Notes: generated by a model from the letters alone, not told the origin. A DNA stretch of 32,000 nucleotides from an archaeon (GCA_024275415.1 JAJRZD010000031.1:11176-43175), one strand, 5' to 3'. Positions 17,289 to 26,634 are shown, counted from the first letter of the stretch. A program made the numbers and translations.

Positions 17289-18647
17289 ATGGGCAGGCTG
17301 TTTGGGACGAACGGTGTACGCGGAACGATTAACGATGAGCTAACAGTCGATATGATGCTTGACCTCGGCAGGGCGATTGGTTCCGTCCTAGGGCCCGGGA
17401 AGATAGCTATTTCAACCGACTCTAGGATGGGTGGCGAGATGTTCAAGCAGTCCGTTATCTCAGGACTACTATCGACCGGTTGTGATGTGGTCGACATTGG
17501 CCCATGTCCAACTCCTTGCCTTCAGTTCAACACCCGTGAGCTCGGATGCATCGGAGGTGTGATGATCACTGCATCACATAATCCCCCCGAATTCAATGGG
17601 ATCAAGGTGATGGGCTCTGATGGCATCGAGGTGACTCGTGAAGTAGAGTCCGTGATTGAGGATGTTTATTTCTCGCGCGAGTTCAAAGTGGCCCCTTGGG
17701 ATGAGATTGGAACGCAATATTCCGATGACCTTGCGATTCGCAGGTACATTGATGGCATCAAGAAACATGTGGATGTGGGCGCGATACGCAAGAAAGCCCC
17801 CAAGGTCGTAGTGGATGGTGCTAATAGTGTGGGTGCATTGGCCACCCCACTCCTGCTTCGTGAACTCGGATGCAAAGTCATAACAATCAACTCGCAGATG
17901 GATGGTATGTTTCCCGGAAGGAATCCTGAACCTACTCCCGAAAACATCGTTGACCTGTCCAAGACTGTTATCTCTGTTGGTGCTGATATCGGCATTGCCC
18001 ATGACGGTGATGCAGATCGTGCAACATTTGTCGATGAGAATGGTGCGATTCTTTGGGGCGACCAGTCCTTTGCCATCATTGCCCGTCACGTGCTTTGGAA
18101 GAAGCCTGATTCCACTCTGGTCACTCCCGTAAGCAGCGGTCGGCTTATTGAGGATATTGTCAAGGAATCAAATGCTCGGGTTGACTGGACAAAGGTTGGT
18201 AGCGTGATTGTATCACATCGCGTTGTGGAGATTGGTGCAGAGCTTGGTGGTGAAGAGAATGGTGGTGTGTTTTATCCTGATCATATTGCGGTACGCGATG
18301 GAGCTATGACTGCTGCACAGATGATTGATATAATGGTTTCAAACAACTCCTCACTCTCCGGACTTGTGAAGAGCTTGCCCCAGTATTATAGTACAAAGAC
18401 AAAAGTACCTGTCCCTCCCGATAAGAAGGACGCTCTCCTTGAAACCCTTCTTGAATTGACAAAGGATGAGAACCGGATAACGATGGATGGCGTCAAACTG
18501 ACGTACGCTGAAGGTTGGATTCTTATTCGTCCTTCGGGCACTGAGCCTCTCTGGAGATGTTTTGCCGAAGCGAAGACCCAAGAAATTGCCGATACCTTAT
18601 GTGAACGGGGAGTGAACCTGATCCGAGATGCTGCTGCAAAGACCTAG
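17289..18647 (+). CDS. Alpha-D-phosphohexomutase (phosphomannomutase/phosphoglucomutase or phosphoglucosamine mutase)
   Basis: LFGTNGVRG, catalytic TASHNP, metal loop DGDADR, GEENGG, RPSGTEP. Substrate not resolvable by eye. Confidence 0.93.
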   Translation: MGRLFGTNGVRGTINDELTVDMMLDLGRAIGSVLGPGKIAISTDSRMGGEMFKQSVISGLLSTGCDVVDIGPCPTPCLQFNTRELGCIGGVMITASHNPPEFNGIKVMGSDGIEVTREVESVIEDVYFSREFKVAPWDEIGTQYSDDLAIRRYIDGIKKHVDVGAIRKKAPKVVVDGANSVGALATPLLLRELGCKVITINSQMDGMFPGRNPEPTPENIVDLSKTVISVGADIGIAHDGDADRATFVDENGAILWGDQSFAIIARHVLWKKPDSTLVTPVSSGRLIEDIVKESNARVDWTKVGSVIVSHRVVEIGAELGGEENGGVFYPDHIAVRDGAMTAAQMIDIMVSNNSSLSGLVKSLPQYYSTKTKVPVPPDKKDALLETLLELTKDENRITMDGVKLTYAEGWILIRPSGTEPLWRCFAEAKTQEIADTLCERGVNLIRDAAAKT

Positions 18648-18943
18648 CTTGTTCTTCGAAGCCTCCTGATTTGTATCATCACATCCACTGCCATGATGAG
18701 AACGGGTATCAACACGATAAAGTTCAGATTTTCAATGATGACTAGCAAGTGAAGTCCTGTTGGGGTCCAGAGAAATGCAAGCATGCCAATGACCCATATG
18801 ACCAACAGTGAGGTTGAGATACTCGCACATACATCGCTAAGATCTTTGTCCCGTATTCCTCTTTCTTTCACTAGTAGCCATGCGATGAGGATTATCCCTG
18901 TCCATGATGCTAATATTCCCAAGTAGTTGAATGCCTGCATCAA
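18644..18943 (-). CDS. Small 3-TM membrane protein, unknown function
   Basis: Three hydrophobic segments. Fills the gap between the neighbouring genes. Confidence 0.6.
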   Translation of the reverse strand: MMQAFNYLGILASWTGIILIAWLLVKERGIRDKDLSDVCASISTSLLVIWVIGMLAFLWTPTGLHLLVIIENLNFIVLIPVLIMAVDVMIQIRRLRRTS

Positions 18944-19077
18944 GTGCTATCCCCGCACATCTCACTCGTTCATCAAGTATTCATTATGCATTCTATGAAT
19001 ATGAATCTTGGCAATCTCATCCGTCACTTTTTCTAATTGATACGTGAGATGCTGTAGAATTAGTAAATGTTGGTAGA

Positions 19078-19097
19078 AGGGATCCTGCTGGATCCCT
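19078..19097 (-). terminator. Hairpin downstream of the DPM2-like gene
   Basis: AGGGATCC-tgct-GGATCCCT. No clear U-tract. Confidence 0.45.
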
Positions 19098-19132
19098 ACC
19101 CCGGTTGAATGAGTTGTTGCTGAGAAGAGGAC

Positions 19133-19459
19133 TTACTGGGATTCTTCCTTCTCAACTTCCTTGTCCATATCCGAACTCTCGCTTTCGAAATCGAAATCTT
19201 CGAGTGGTTCAGGTGCTGGAGTTGTAAGCATAGTCCAACCAATCCACATGGCTATGACCATGATCAATACTGCAGCAAGCCAGACTGGCAGGATGACAAG
19301 CCATTTCCAATCGGGAGCGAACAGCCATTCCCAACCCTCTGGGGCGAGGCCGGCGAGATCTGGGAATATCTGGATTAAGAGCAGCCCCCATGTATAATAG
19401 ATAAGCACGAGAAGCGCAAAGACGAATATGAGCGCACCAATTATTTTTTCCTTGCCCAT
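19133..19459 (-). CDS. Two-TM membrane protein resembling eukaryotic DPM2
   Basis: IIGALIFVFALLVLIYYTW...FAPDWKWLVILPV...IGWTML, followed by an acidic tail. Similarity judged by eye against the remembered DPM2 sequence. Confidence 0.7.
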   Translation of the reverse strand: MGKEKIIGALIFVFALLVLIYYTWGLLLIQIFPDLAGLAPEGWEWLFAPDWKWLVILPVWLAAVLIMVIAMWIGWTMLTTPAPEPLEDFDFESESSDMDKEVEKEESQ

Positions 19460-19772
19460 TTTGCAAAACCTCTTTCAAATAGTGACAATTTTAGATAGTC
19501 ACAACTGGTTTGTACTAGTACAGGTATTCCCTGTCGTCTCAGATAAAAGGCTTGCGTAATACCTCGATTTCATTTCCCTGCGGTCATAGTAAAGGTATGG
19601 TATGAATTGATTTGTTTGATTCAATCCTTAATACTGAGTAAATTACTTGAATCGAGTCCTCCTTTGACTTGTATCAGGTGATACAAGTCGTAAAAGAGCT
19701 GCTTGCGTATTGCTTATAATGGGGGCATATCTGTTTCACGGAATAAATAGCAGCCAATTTGGTGGTGGATGT

Positions 19773-20570
19773 TTGAAGATTATCGTACCAGTCAAACAAG
19801 TTCCGGAGGTTGCCGAGGTAAAGGTCAACCCCGAAACAGGCACGCTGATCCGCGACGGTGTTCCCAGTATCCTGAACCCGTTCGATGAGCTTGCTGTTGA
19901 AGAGGCCATAAGAATCAAAGAGGCACATGGCGGTGATGATAGTGAGGTCACCGTAATCACCATGGGCCCCCCTCAAGCAGTTGATGTCCTGTACAAAGCG
20001 ATGGCAATGGGTGCTGACAAGGCCGTCCATATGACAGACCGCATTTTTGCAGGAGCCGACACTTGGGTTACCGCATTGACTCTTGCAGAACAGATACGGA
20101 AGATGGAGTTCGACCTCATTATTTGTGGAAAACAGGCAATCGATGGTGATACAGCACAGGTTGGCCCTGAGATTGCAGAGATCCTACGCATCCCTCAGAT
20201 ATGCTATGTCCGCAAGGTCGAGATATCTGAGGATGGCAAGTTTGTGACAGCCCACAGGGAAACGGACGAGGGCTATGAGGTTGTCAAGGCAAAACTCCCA
20301 GTCCTGCTAACCGCAACCAAAGGACTGAATGAGCCTCGCCTTCCTAATATCATGGGCATCATGAAAGCCAAGAAGAAGCCCCTCGAGGTCGTCGATGCAG
20401 AAAAGCTCGGAGTATCCGAAGACCGCCTCGGGTTGAAGGGCTCGCCCACTACTGTCAGGAAAGTGTTCCCACCTGAGCAGAGAGCAGGTGGTATTAAGAT
20501 CGATGGCGAGAATCCCAAGGAAGCCGCAAGGCAACTGGTGGAATTCCTCGCAAAGAAGGGGGTAATCTGA
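19773..20570 (+). CDS. etfB: Electron transfer flavoprotein beta subunit (bifurcating-type motifs)
   Basis: IIVPVKQVP, LNPFDELAVEEA, GKQAIDGDTAQVGP, LNEPR, GSPT.V. Start TTG19773 after GGTGGTGG SD. Confidence 0.93.
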   Translation: MKIIVPVKQVPEVAEVKVNPETGTLIRDGVPSILNPFDELAVEEAIRIKEAHGGDDSEVTVITMGPPQAVDVLYKAMAMGADKAVHMTDRIFAGADTWVTALTLAEQIRKMEFDLIICGKQAIDGDTAQVGPEIAEILRIPQICYVRKVEISEDGKFVTAHRETDEGYEVVKAKLPVLLTATKGLNEPRLPNIMGIMKAKKKPLEVVDAEKLGVSEDRLGLKGSPTTVRKVFPPEQRAGGIKIDGENPKEAARQLVEFLAKKGVI

Positions 20571-20571
20571 G

Positions 20572-21771
20572 ATGGGACTCATCTATGACAAGGACAAGTG
20601 TACTGGCTGCATGCTCTGTATTAAGGCCTGCAACTTCGCTGCCATCGAAAAGGATGGTGACAAGGTAAAGTTCGATTTTGACAAATGTGTCCTCTGCGGC
20701 TCTTGTGAGGAAGTCTGTCCTGCTGACGCCATCTTGATCGAACGACAGACGGTCGATAAAGAGGCAATCGCCCAGTACAATGATGTCTGGGTCGTCACTG
20801 AGATCCATGATGGACGACTCCGGAGCGTATCGTACGAACTTGTTACCAAAGCAAGAGACCTTGCTGATAAGCTCGGAGAGAAAGTCGTTGCACTCCTTCT
20901 CGGACATGAGGTGGAGAGTCTGGCAGAATCACTCATTCATCAGGGCGCTGACAAAGTGCTCGTCGTGGATGACAAGATTCTTGCGGACTATACCACTGAT
21001 GCCTTTACCATTGCAGTCACTTCACTAATCACCTCTCGAAAGCCTGCTATCGTTCTTTACGGTGCAACATCCAACGGTAGGGATCTTGCCCCGCGCGTAG
21101 CAGCCCGTCTTGCACTCGGACTCACCGCTGATTGTACCGGTCTGGATATCGATGATGAACGTCAGCTCGTGCAGACTCGCCCGGCATTCGGTGGTAACAT
21201 CATGGCAGAGATCCTCTGCCCCTACACAAGACCTCAGATGGCCACCGTGCGCCCAAACGTCTTCAAGCCCACTGAGCCCGACACCTCACGGACAGGCGAG
21301 ATCGAGAAGGTCGATTTCAGCATAAGCCCTGTTCAGGTACGAACCCGTGTCCTAGAGAAGGTCTCTGAGGTCGTGGAAGGCATGAAGTCCGTGGAAGAAG
21401 CCGACATCATCGTCTGTAGCGGACGCGGGATCAAAGACCCCTCGAATCTGGAACTTCCCAAAGAACTGGCAAAACTCCTTGATGCTGCCATCGGCGGCTC
21501 TCGCCCCATCGTTGACCTCGGCTGGCTCCCTCCAACCCAGCAGGTGGGACAGTCCGGACGCACCGTTTCTCCCAAGCTCTATTTCGCTCTTGGAATATCA
21601 GGCGCAATACAACACTGTGCTGGTATGTCATCAAGCGAGATCATCGTTGCCATCAACAAGGACGAGGAGGCACCGATATTCGAGCTTGCTGACTTTGGTA
21701 TCGTCGGTGATATCTTTGCAATAGTTCCAGAGATCATCGAAGAGATCAAGCGAGTCAAGGCAGAAAGATAA
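20572..21771 (+). CDS. etfA: Electron transfer flavoprotein alpha subunit with N-terminal 2x[4Fe-4S] ferredoxin domain
   Basis: CTGCMLCIKAC and CVLCGSCEEVCP motifs, then GLTADCT, TRPAFGGN, QVGQSGRTV.PKLY, GISGAIQH.AGM. Confidence 0.95.
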   Translation: MGLIYDKDKCTGCMLCIKACNFAAIEKDGDKVKFDFDKCVLCGSCEEVCPADAILIERQTVDKEAIAQYNDVWVVTEIHDGRLRSVSYELVTKARDLADKLGEKVVALLLGHEVESLAESLIHQGADKVLVVDDKILADYTTDAFTIAVTSLITSRKPAIVLYGATSNGRDLAPRVAARLALGLTADCTGLDIDDERQLVQTRPAFGGNIMAEILCPYTRPQMATVRPNVFKPTEPDTSRTGEIEKVDFSISPVQVRTRVLEKVSEVVEGMKSVEEADIIVCSGRGIKDPSNLELPKELAKLLDAAIGGSRPIVDLGWLPPTQQVGQSGRTVSPKLYFALGISGAIQHCAGMSSSEIIVAINKDEEAPIFELADFGIVGDIFAIVPEIIEEIKRVKAER

Positions 21772-21781
21772 CCTCTCATAC

Positions 21782-21817
21782 GAGCCCAGTCGTATCGTGC
21801 TGGGCTCTACTTCTTTT
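21782..21817 (+). terminator. Hairpin plus T-rich tract after etfA
   Basis: GAGCCCAG...CTGGGCTC then TACTTCTTTTC. Confidence 0.65.
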
Positions 21818-21906
21818 CAAGATATAAAGGAGTTCATAATCGATTCTTTGGACAATATGATTAGTAAACTCAGAAGAACACAAGATGTTCAACAACTAGG
21901 AGTAAA

Positions 21907-23640
21907 TTGAATGTGAAGTCACGGCGGCGTCTTTCAGAAGGCAAAATGAGATTGAACATCCACGATTCGCCGAGCGATGCTTTAAGACGGATGTATAATT
22001 TTCGGAAGGTCTATGACACAAAGCCAATTGATTTGAGAAAGCGGACTGGATGTAAGAGAGTACGAATGTTCTATCCACGAATCCGCGGAAACACAATCAA
22101 GAGCATTGAACATCTCATGAAAGTTATAAGTAGTGATTATCCTGGTATAAGGAACATCGATACCTTTTCTGAATTGATGTCAGACGCAAGTACTCATTTT
22201 TCTCTTATTGACCGACTTGAGGGAAAGACAGAATTGAAACAGGGGGAGTTCGCTCAGATTATCAAAGACATCGACAAACCCCGCTCTACTCTAGCTGCTT
22301 GGACATTCAAAGAACGCCCTCCAAAGATATATCTAATTCTTGAAGGCACACTTCCAAAATCTGAAGCACAGAAGTTATTCAAGGCTATTACCAAAAGGAA
22401 TGATGGACTGAATCAGACTGAAGCGATCCAATCACGACTTGATTCATATTATGCGGCGAACGAATACCGAAATTCCAAGAACTATCCAAAGGACATGGAG
22501 ATGATCTGCAAATACTTCTCATTCTGGGATGCAATACAACAAGGGATGCCACTCTCTGTAGCTGCGCGGAATATCGGGATATGTTTCAGTGATGGTAAGC
22601 GATGGGTTGAGGGACATGTACCTTGGATGATGAAACTCGCGAGATCTATCCCTTCCAGACCCCCCCGTGAAGGCAATCTCTGGCTTCCACTCACCACAGG
22701 CGAGAAGATGAATCCGAAAGATTTCATCGAAGTCCCCCTGAAAATCACGAGTCTACAAGATATCAGGGATGTCTTATCTCAATTAAAACCAAGAAACGAC
22801 TTACAAATGAACGAATGGCGTGAACGATTCGGGGAAAGTGATATTCTTGATTCATTCATGTATTCGTTAGGCTCGCTGATATCTGATGGCAAGACCCAGT
22901 TCGCCAGCGATGCATGTTTAGCTGGCTCTCGTCCTGCCATTGGATTAGGAAAAACATACGACTGGAGCGTTGAGTATGGCGAGGGAACCTGTTACCATTA
23001 TGGCAAGATTGGCATCACTATGAGTAGGATTAAGGATCAAGATGAGGTTTCTGACAAGTCCTTTCCCTCGGATGGTCAATACAGATGGCAGGGCCAGCGG
23101 AGCACATTATTGACTTGGCTTCGTCGAACGGGCTTAGGCTTCAACGATACGGAGTCAAAGACATACCATCCACTTAATGCTGACTGGATACTGAAAATGC
23201 CAGAAAGAGAACGAGTGTCTTTTCTCCAAGGTGTTTGTGATGGGGATGGATGTGTATCTCTCGCATCACAATATCTAAGCATAGGAACTTGCAGTAACTC
23301 GGAGTTCTATCGACGACTGCTACATTCCTTGGGTATGACATCTCACCTTGGCGATGGTGCTGTGGTTGTAAGCGCTCACGAATCTTTGCAACGGGCACGG
23401 GATTTGAGAGTCTTTAGATATGCAAGGAATAGGCTTGCAAAGCTTGAGAAGTTAGGTGCTATGATTGATTCCTTTGATATAAATCGGGAGATGGATTGTA
23501 GTATGAGAGAGTACGCAAAGAGCCTCAGAAAACATAGAGAATCATGGGGCGCAATCTCTGAGCACATATTCGATAGATTTGGATACACCTGGCCATACTA
23601 TACAATTAAGAGAAGACTATGCAGGATAGACAATCAATAA
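21907..23640 (+). CDS. Free-standing LAGLIDADG (two-motif) endonuclease-like protein with additional HTH-like regions
   Basis: Motif 1 FMYSLGSLISDG (about 22855-22890) and motif 2 FLQGVCDGDG (23221-23250). HTH-like LSVAARNIGICFSDGKRW and C-terminal SWGAISEHIFDRFG. TTG start with AGGAG SD. Confidence 0.8.
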   Translation: MNVKSRRRLSEGKMRLNIHDSPSDALRRMYNFRKVYDTKPIDLRKRTGCKRVRMFYPRIRGNTIKSIEHLMKVISSDYPGIRNIDTFSELMSDASTHFSLIDRLEGKTELKQGEFAQIIKDIDKPRSTLAAWTFKERPPKIYLILEGTLPKSEAQKLFKAITKRNDGLNQTEAIQSRLDSYYAANEYRNSKNYPKDMEMICKYFSFWDAIQQGMPLSVAARNIGICFSDGKRWVEGHVPWMMKLARSIPSRPPREGNLWLPLTTGEKMNPKDFIEVPLKITSLQDIRDVLSQLKPRNDLQMNEWRERFGESDILDSFMYSLGSLISDGKTQFASDACLAGSRPAIGLGKTYDWSVEYGEGTCYHYGKIGITMSRIKDQDEVSDKSFPSDGQYRWQGQRSTLLTWLRRTGLGFNDTESKTYHPLNADWILKMPERERVSFLQGVCDGDGCVSLASQYLSIGTCSNSEFYRRLLHSLGMTSHLGDGAVVVSAHESLQRARDLRVFRYARNRLAKLEKLGAMIDSFDINREMDCSMREYAKSLRKHRESWGAISEHIFDRFGYTWPYYTIKRRLCRIDNQ

Positions 23641-23904
23641 TCATTAGAAACACCTGTAAACTTGTTTAATTCCTTAATTATAGCAAAAGCGGAACCGTTG
23701 ATTGTCATGAAGTTCAACATGATCTTCTTTAGCCTCCAACCGAGCATACCACCGAACAGATTGGTTTCCAAATATCTGATACCTCTCAATATCATACATC
23801 ACGCCTTGAGGAGCCATAATTCGTGCTCCGTTCTTCATGACATACCCTTCAAATATTAATAATATTTCAACCATCAATTAACCCATAGTCATAGGGATTC
23901 GACA

Positions 23905-24288
23905 ATGATAAAATATTATTACAGCTCAACCTCGAATCCATACGCGAGCGATTCCAATCGTGGATTACTTGAAGTACAGGATGAAATTACAAGATTTAGC
24001 AAACTAGGAAAAATCGAACTCGTAGACACATCTCCATGGACTGCTGGTGTACGATTCGATACATATGGCGATGCAATAGTTGTTTCTGTAAAGAAGAAAT
24101 CAAAGATCCGAAGAATCTATGGAACCAATCGCTATCCAGCCATCAATTTTGGAAAAGAAGTCCCATCACTTATCATCTACAATAATGAAGGATATCCTAT
24201 TGATGCATATCCGCGAGAAGAAAATGGAATTGTTCTTACTATCAAGAGCTTCCTAGATCCCGCAAACTTGGAGGAGAATGCTTTCTAA
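23905..24288 (+). CDS. Hypothetical protein (127 aa)
   Basis: Protein-like composition (IELVDTS, FGKEVPSLIIY, PIDAYP). Lies in an AT-rich segment. Family not nameable from memory. Confidence 0.7.
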   Translation: MIKYYYSSTSNPYASDSNRGLLEVQDEITRFSKLGKIELVDTSPWTAGVRFDTYGDAIVVSVKKKSKIRRIYGTNRYPAINFGKEVPSLIIYNNEGYPIDAYPREENGIVLTIKSFLDPANLEENAF

Positions 24289-24686
24289 CTGGAGTTGACA
24301 CGACCTATCCAAATCAAAACAATATCTCAACGCATATGAAACAAATCAATATTGAAGCCTTCACACCTCTCACAGAAATAGGTTTTTTATTATTGATGGT
24401 CTGATTATTAATCTGAAATGCATCTGGAATAATATGACTTGGAGATAGTCGCAAGCATAATATCTTCAAGATCTGTGATAATTGCATTGGACTAATATTC
24501 TTCTTGGGGCTTCTTGTACTTGTCATTGTGTTATGACGATTTGCAGTTTTCAAAGCCCTGTTCTTTCCTCCACCAGTGAGGGAGTAAATACAAAGTTAGT
24601 TAATATTCAATTTAGTTGCTAAGCAAACCAGACAACGCGTTGTAGACAACAATGCGGACTCGTTCCATAATGAGGGATGCAGCAAA

Positions 24687-24890
24687 TTGTCAGAAGTAAA
24701 ACCAACGAAAATTGACAAGATCAAAGCCGACCAGAAGGCTTGGAAAGCCGGTGTTGCGGCCATAGCGAGGCGGAAGTTCATCACTCCTGACGAGAAGAAG
24801 GCTATGGCTTCAAAATACGACGCTCAATTCAAAGAGCTGCTGGCTGCTGAGAGAGCGAAGGCAAAAGCAAAAGCCAAGAAAAAGAAGTGA
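24687..24890 (+). CDS. Small, very basic Lys/Ala-rich protein (67 aa)
   Basis: TTG start with GAGGGA SD. 18 K, 15 A, 3 R and 8 D/E by hand count. Own terminator downstream. Confidence 0.8.
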   Translation: MSEVKPTKIDKIKADQKAWKAGVAAIARRKFITPDEKKAMASKYDAQFKELLAAERAKAKAKAKKKK

Positions 24891-24909
24891 CCTACTCACT
24901 TCAACTTCG

Positions 24910-24940
24910 GGTCGGACTTTGTCCGACCATCTCTTTTTTT
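24910..24940 (+). terminator. Hairpin plus U-tract terminator
   Basis: GGTCGGAC-ttt-GTCCGACC then ATCTC and T7. Confidence 0.75.
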
Positions 24941-25008
24941 ATGTCATCACCTAGTGATTTTATATGATTGTCCACACATATCTGAGATGTCTTTCAGGGG
25001 TATGGACA

Positions 25009-25539
25009 ATGAGCGATACTGATTGCATCAAGATGTTAATGACCCGACAGTCAATTCGTAAATTCACAGGCGAGCATGTGCCTGAAGAGGTAGTAGATGA
25101 GGTCATTGAGATGGCCCTTCAAGCGCCATCTGCCGGAAATCGTCAGCCATGGCGTATCGTTGTCGTTCGTGACAAATCGAGGATTCAGCGACTAGCTGGT
25201 GCTGCCCTTGGACAAAGCGTGGTATCGACCTGTGATGTCCTTTTGGGCGTCTTTGCTGTTCCCGAGGAATCTGCTGAGCGTTATGGTGATAGAGGACGAG
25301 ATCTCTATGTGATACAGGACACAGCTGCACTTACCTATGCCCTGTTGCTGGGGATTCACTTCAAGGGATATGGAGCATGTTGGGTTGGCGCATTCGATGA
25401 TGAGGCTGTTGCAGAGACATTCAACGCTCCAGAAGGATTTCGTCCTGTCGCTCTGATTCCTATAGGGGTATATGAGAAGGCACCGCCGCCCCGACCTAGG
25501 AAATCCGTTTCTGAGGTCGTACTCCAAGAAGCATTCTGA
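25009..25539 (+). CDS. Nitroreductase-family protein
   Basis: RQSIRKF, APSAGNRQPW, QDT, GYGACWVGAFD, LIPIG. ATG25009 preferred. Confidence 0.92.
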   Translation: MSDTDCIKMLMTRQSIRKFTGEHVPEEVVDEVIEMALQAPSAGNRQPWRIVVVRDKSRIQRLAGAALGQSVVSTCDVLLGVFAVPEESAERYGDRGRDLYVIQDTAALTYALLLGIHFKGYGACWVGAFDDEAVAETFNAPEGFRPVALIPIGVYEKAPPPRPRKSVSEVVLQEAF

Positions 25540-25666
25540 TCTTCCGAACCATGGCAGCAGCGATCACCACAAGTAAATAGCGTAGATTCTGACAGTGCGT
25601 GATGAACATCGCATTGACCGACAGCCATATTGGACTGGATGTGAGTGTTCTTCTACGTGATTCGAT

Positions 25667-26569
25667 ATGCATCTACAAAGTAAGCCAAAGTTAAGCACAT
25701 TCTCCATTGTAGCGCGAGATCCCTCGAATGCTGACCTTGGGATTGCAGTCCAATCCAAGTTCCCCTGTGTTGGCTCGGTGGTTCCTTGGGCAGCAGCAGA
25801 GGTTGGAGCAATCGCCACGCAGGCATGGGCGAACGTATCATACGGCCCTCGTGGACTCGAACTTTTGCGAGATGGGAACTCTGCGTCAGAAACTCTTGCA
25901 ACTCTTGTTAAAAGTGATGAAGGCGCTCAACATCGACAGGTCGGTATCATTGATTCGAAAGGAGGAGTCGCAGTGCATACAGGAGAGGAGTGCATGAGCT
26001 GGGCAGGCCATGTGACTGGTGATGGCTATACCTGTCAGGGGAACATCCTTGCTGGAGAGGCTGTTGTCATTGATATGGCCGAGGCGTATGAGCGTACCGA
26101 AGGGGATTTGCTCGACAAGCTATTGGCGGCACTCAAAGCAGGACAATCTGCTGGTGGTGATAGAAGAGGAATGCAATCCGCGTCACTCTATGTCGTCCGG
26201 AAAGAAGGTGGCTATGAAGGTGGCAATGATCGCTACGTGGATGTACGGGTTGATGATCATCCCACTCCTATTGGAGAACTAGAACGGATCTTCAAACTCT
26301 ATGACATGACTCTTTTGAGCAGGGAGGATCCATCTAACCTGCTTAAAATTGAAGGGCCCGTAGCAAACAAGATTCAGATGATGCTCAGAGACCTTGGATA
26401 TCTCAAAGAGGATGACCTCGCAGAAACATGGAGTCCGAATGCCTTAGCTGCACTTCAGGAATGGACGAACACTGAGAACTTTGAGAACAAAGCTGGTGTC
26501 TACACAGAGAACAAGATTTGGAAAAGTGTCCTTGATTATCTTACAGAGCAATGGAACGAACAGCGTTGA
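25667..26569 (+). CDS. DUF1028-family Ntn-hydrolase-like protein with C-terminal helical domain
   Basis: TFSIVARDP, VGSVVPW, GAIATQA, RQVGIID, QGNIL, AGGDRRG.QSA, DVRVDDHPTPI.EL. Confidence 0.9.
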   Translation: MHLQSKPKLSTFSIVARDPSNADLGIAVQSKFPCVGSVVPWAAAEVGAIATQAWANVSYGPRGLELLRDGNSASETLATLVKSDEGAQHRQVGIIDSKGGVAVHTGEECMSWAGHVTGDGYTCQGNILAGEAVVIDMAEAYERTEGDLLDKLLAALKAGQSAGGDRRGMQSASLYVVRKEGGYEGGNDRYVDVRVDDHPTPIGELERIFKLYDMTLLSREDPSNLLKIEGPVANKIQMMLRDLGYLKEDDLAETWSPNALAALQEWTNTENFENKAGVYTENKIWKSVLDYLTEQWNEQR

Positions 26570-26634
26570 ACATATACCATTCTGATACAATGCGCTAAAT
26601 TGTAGACTGTATCTTTCAAAAATAGCGATTTGTG

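Noticed and set aside
21907-23640. Intein interpretation of the LAGLIDADG ORF
   Set aside because: No Cys/Ser block A, no C-terminal His-Asn followed by an extein, and no recognisable host protein halves.
24314-24553. 79-aa minus-strand ORF as an intact gene
   Set aside because: No recognisable motif and low-information AT-rich sequence; treated only as possible remnant DNA.
21899-24591. GGAGTAAAT at both ends of the island as a target-site duplication
   Set aside because: Only 9 nt, the left copy is the endonuclease SD, and a similar GAGTAAAT occurs near 19636; chance is likely.
25590-25660. C/D-box sRNA (GTGATGA box C)
   Set aside because: No correctly spaced downstream CTGA box D or terminal stem.
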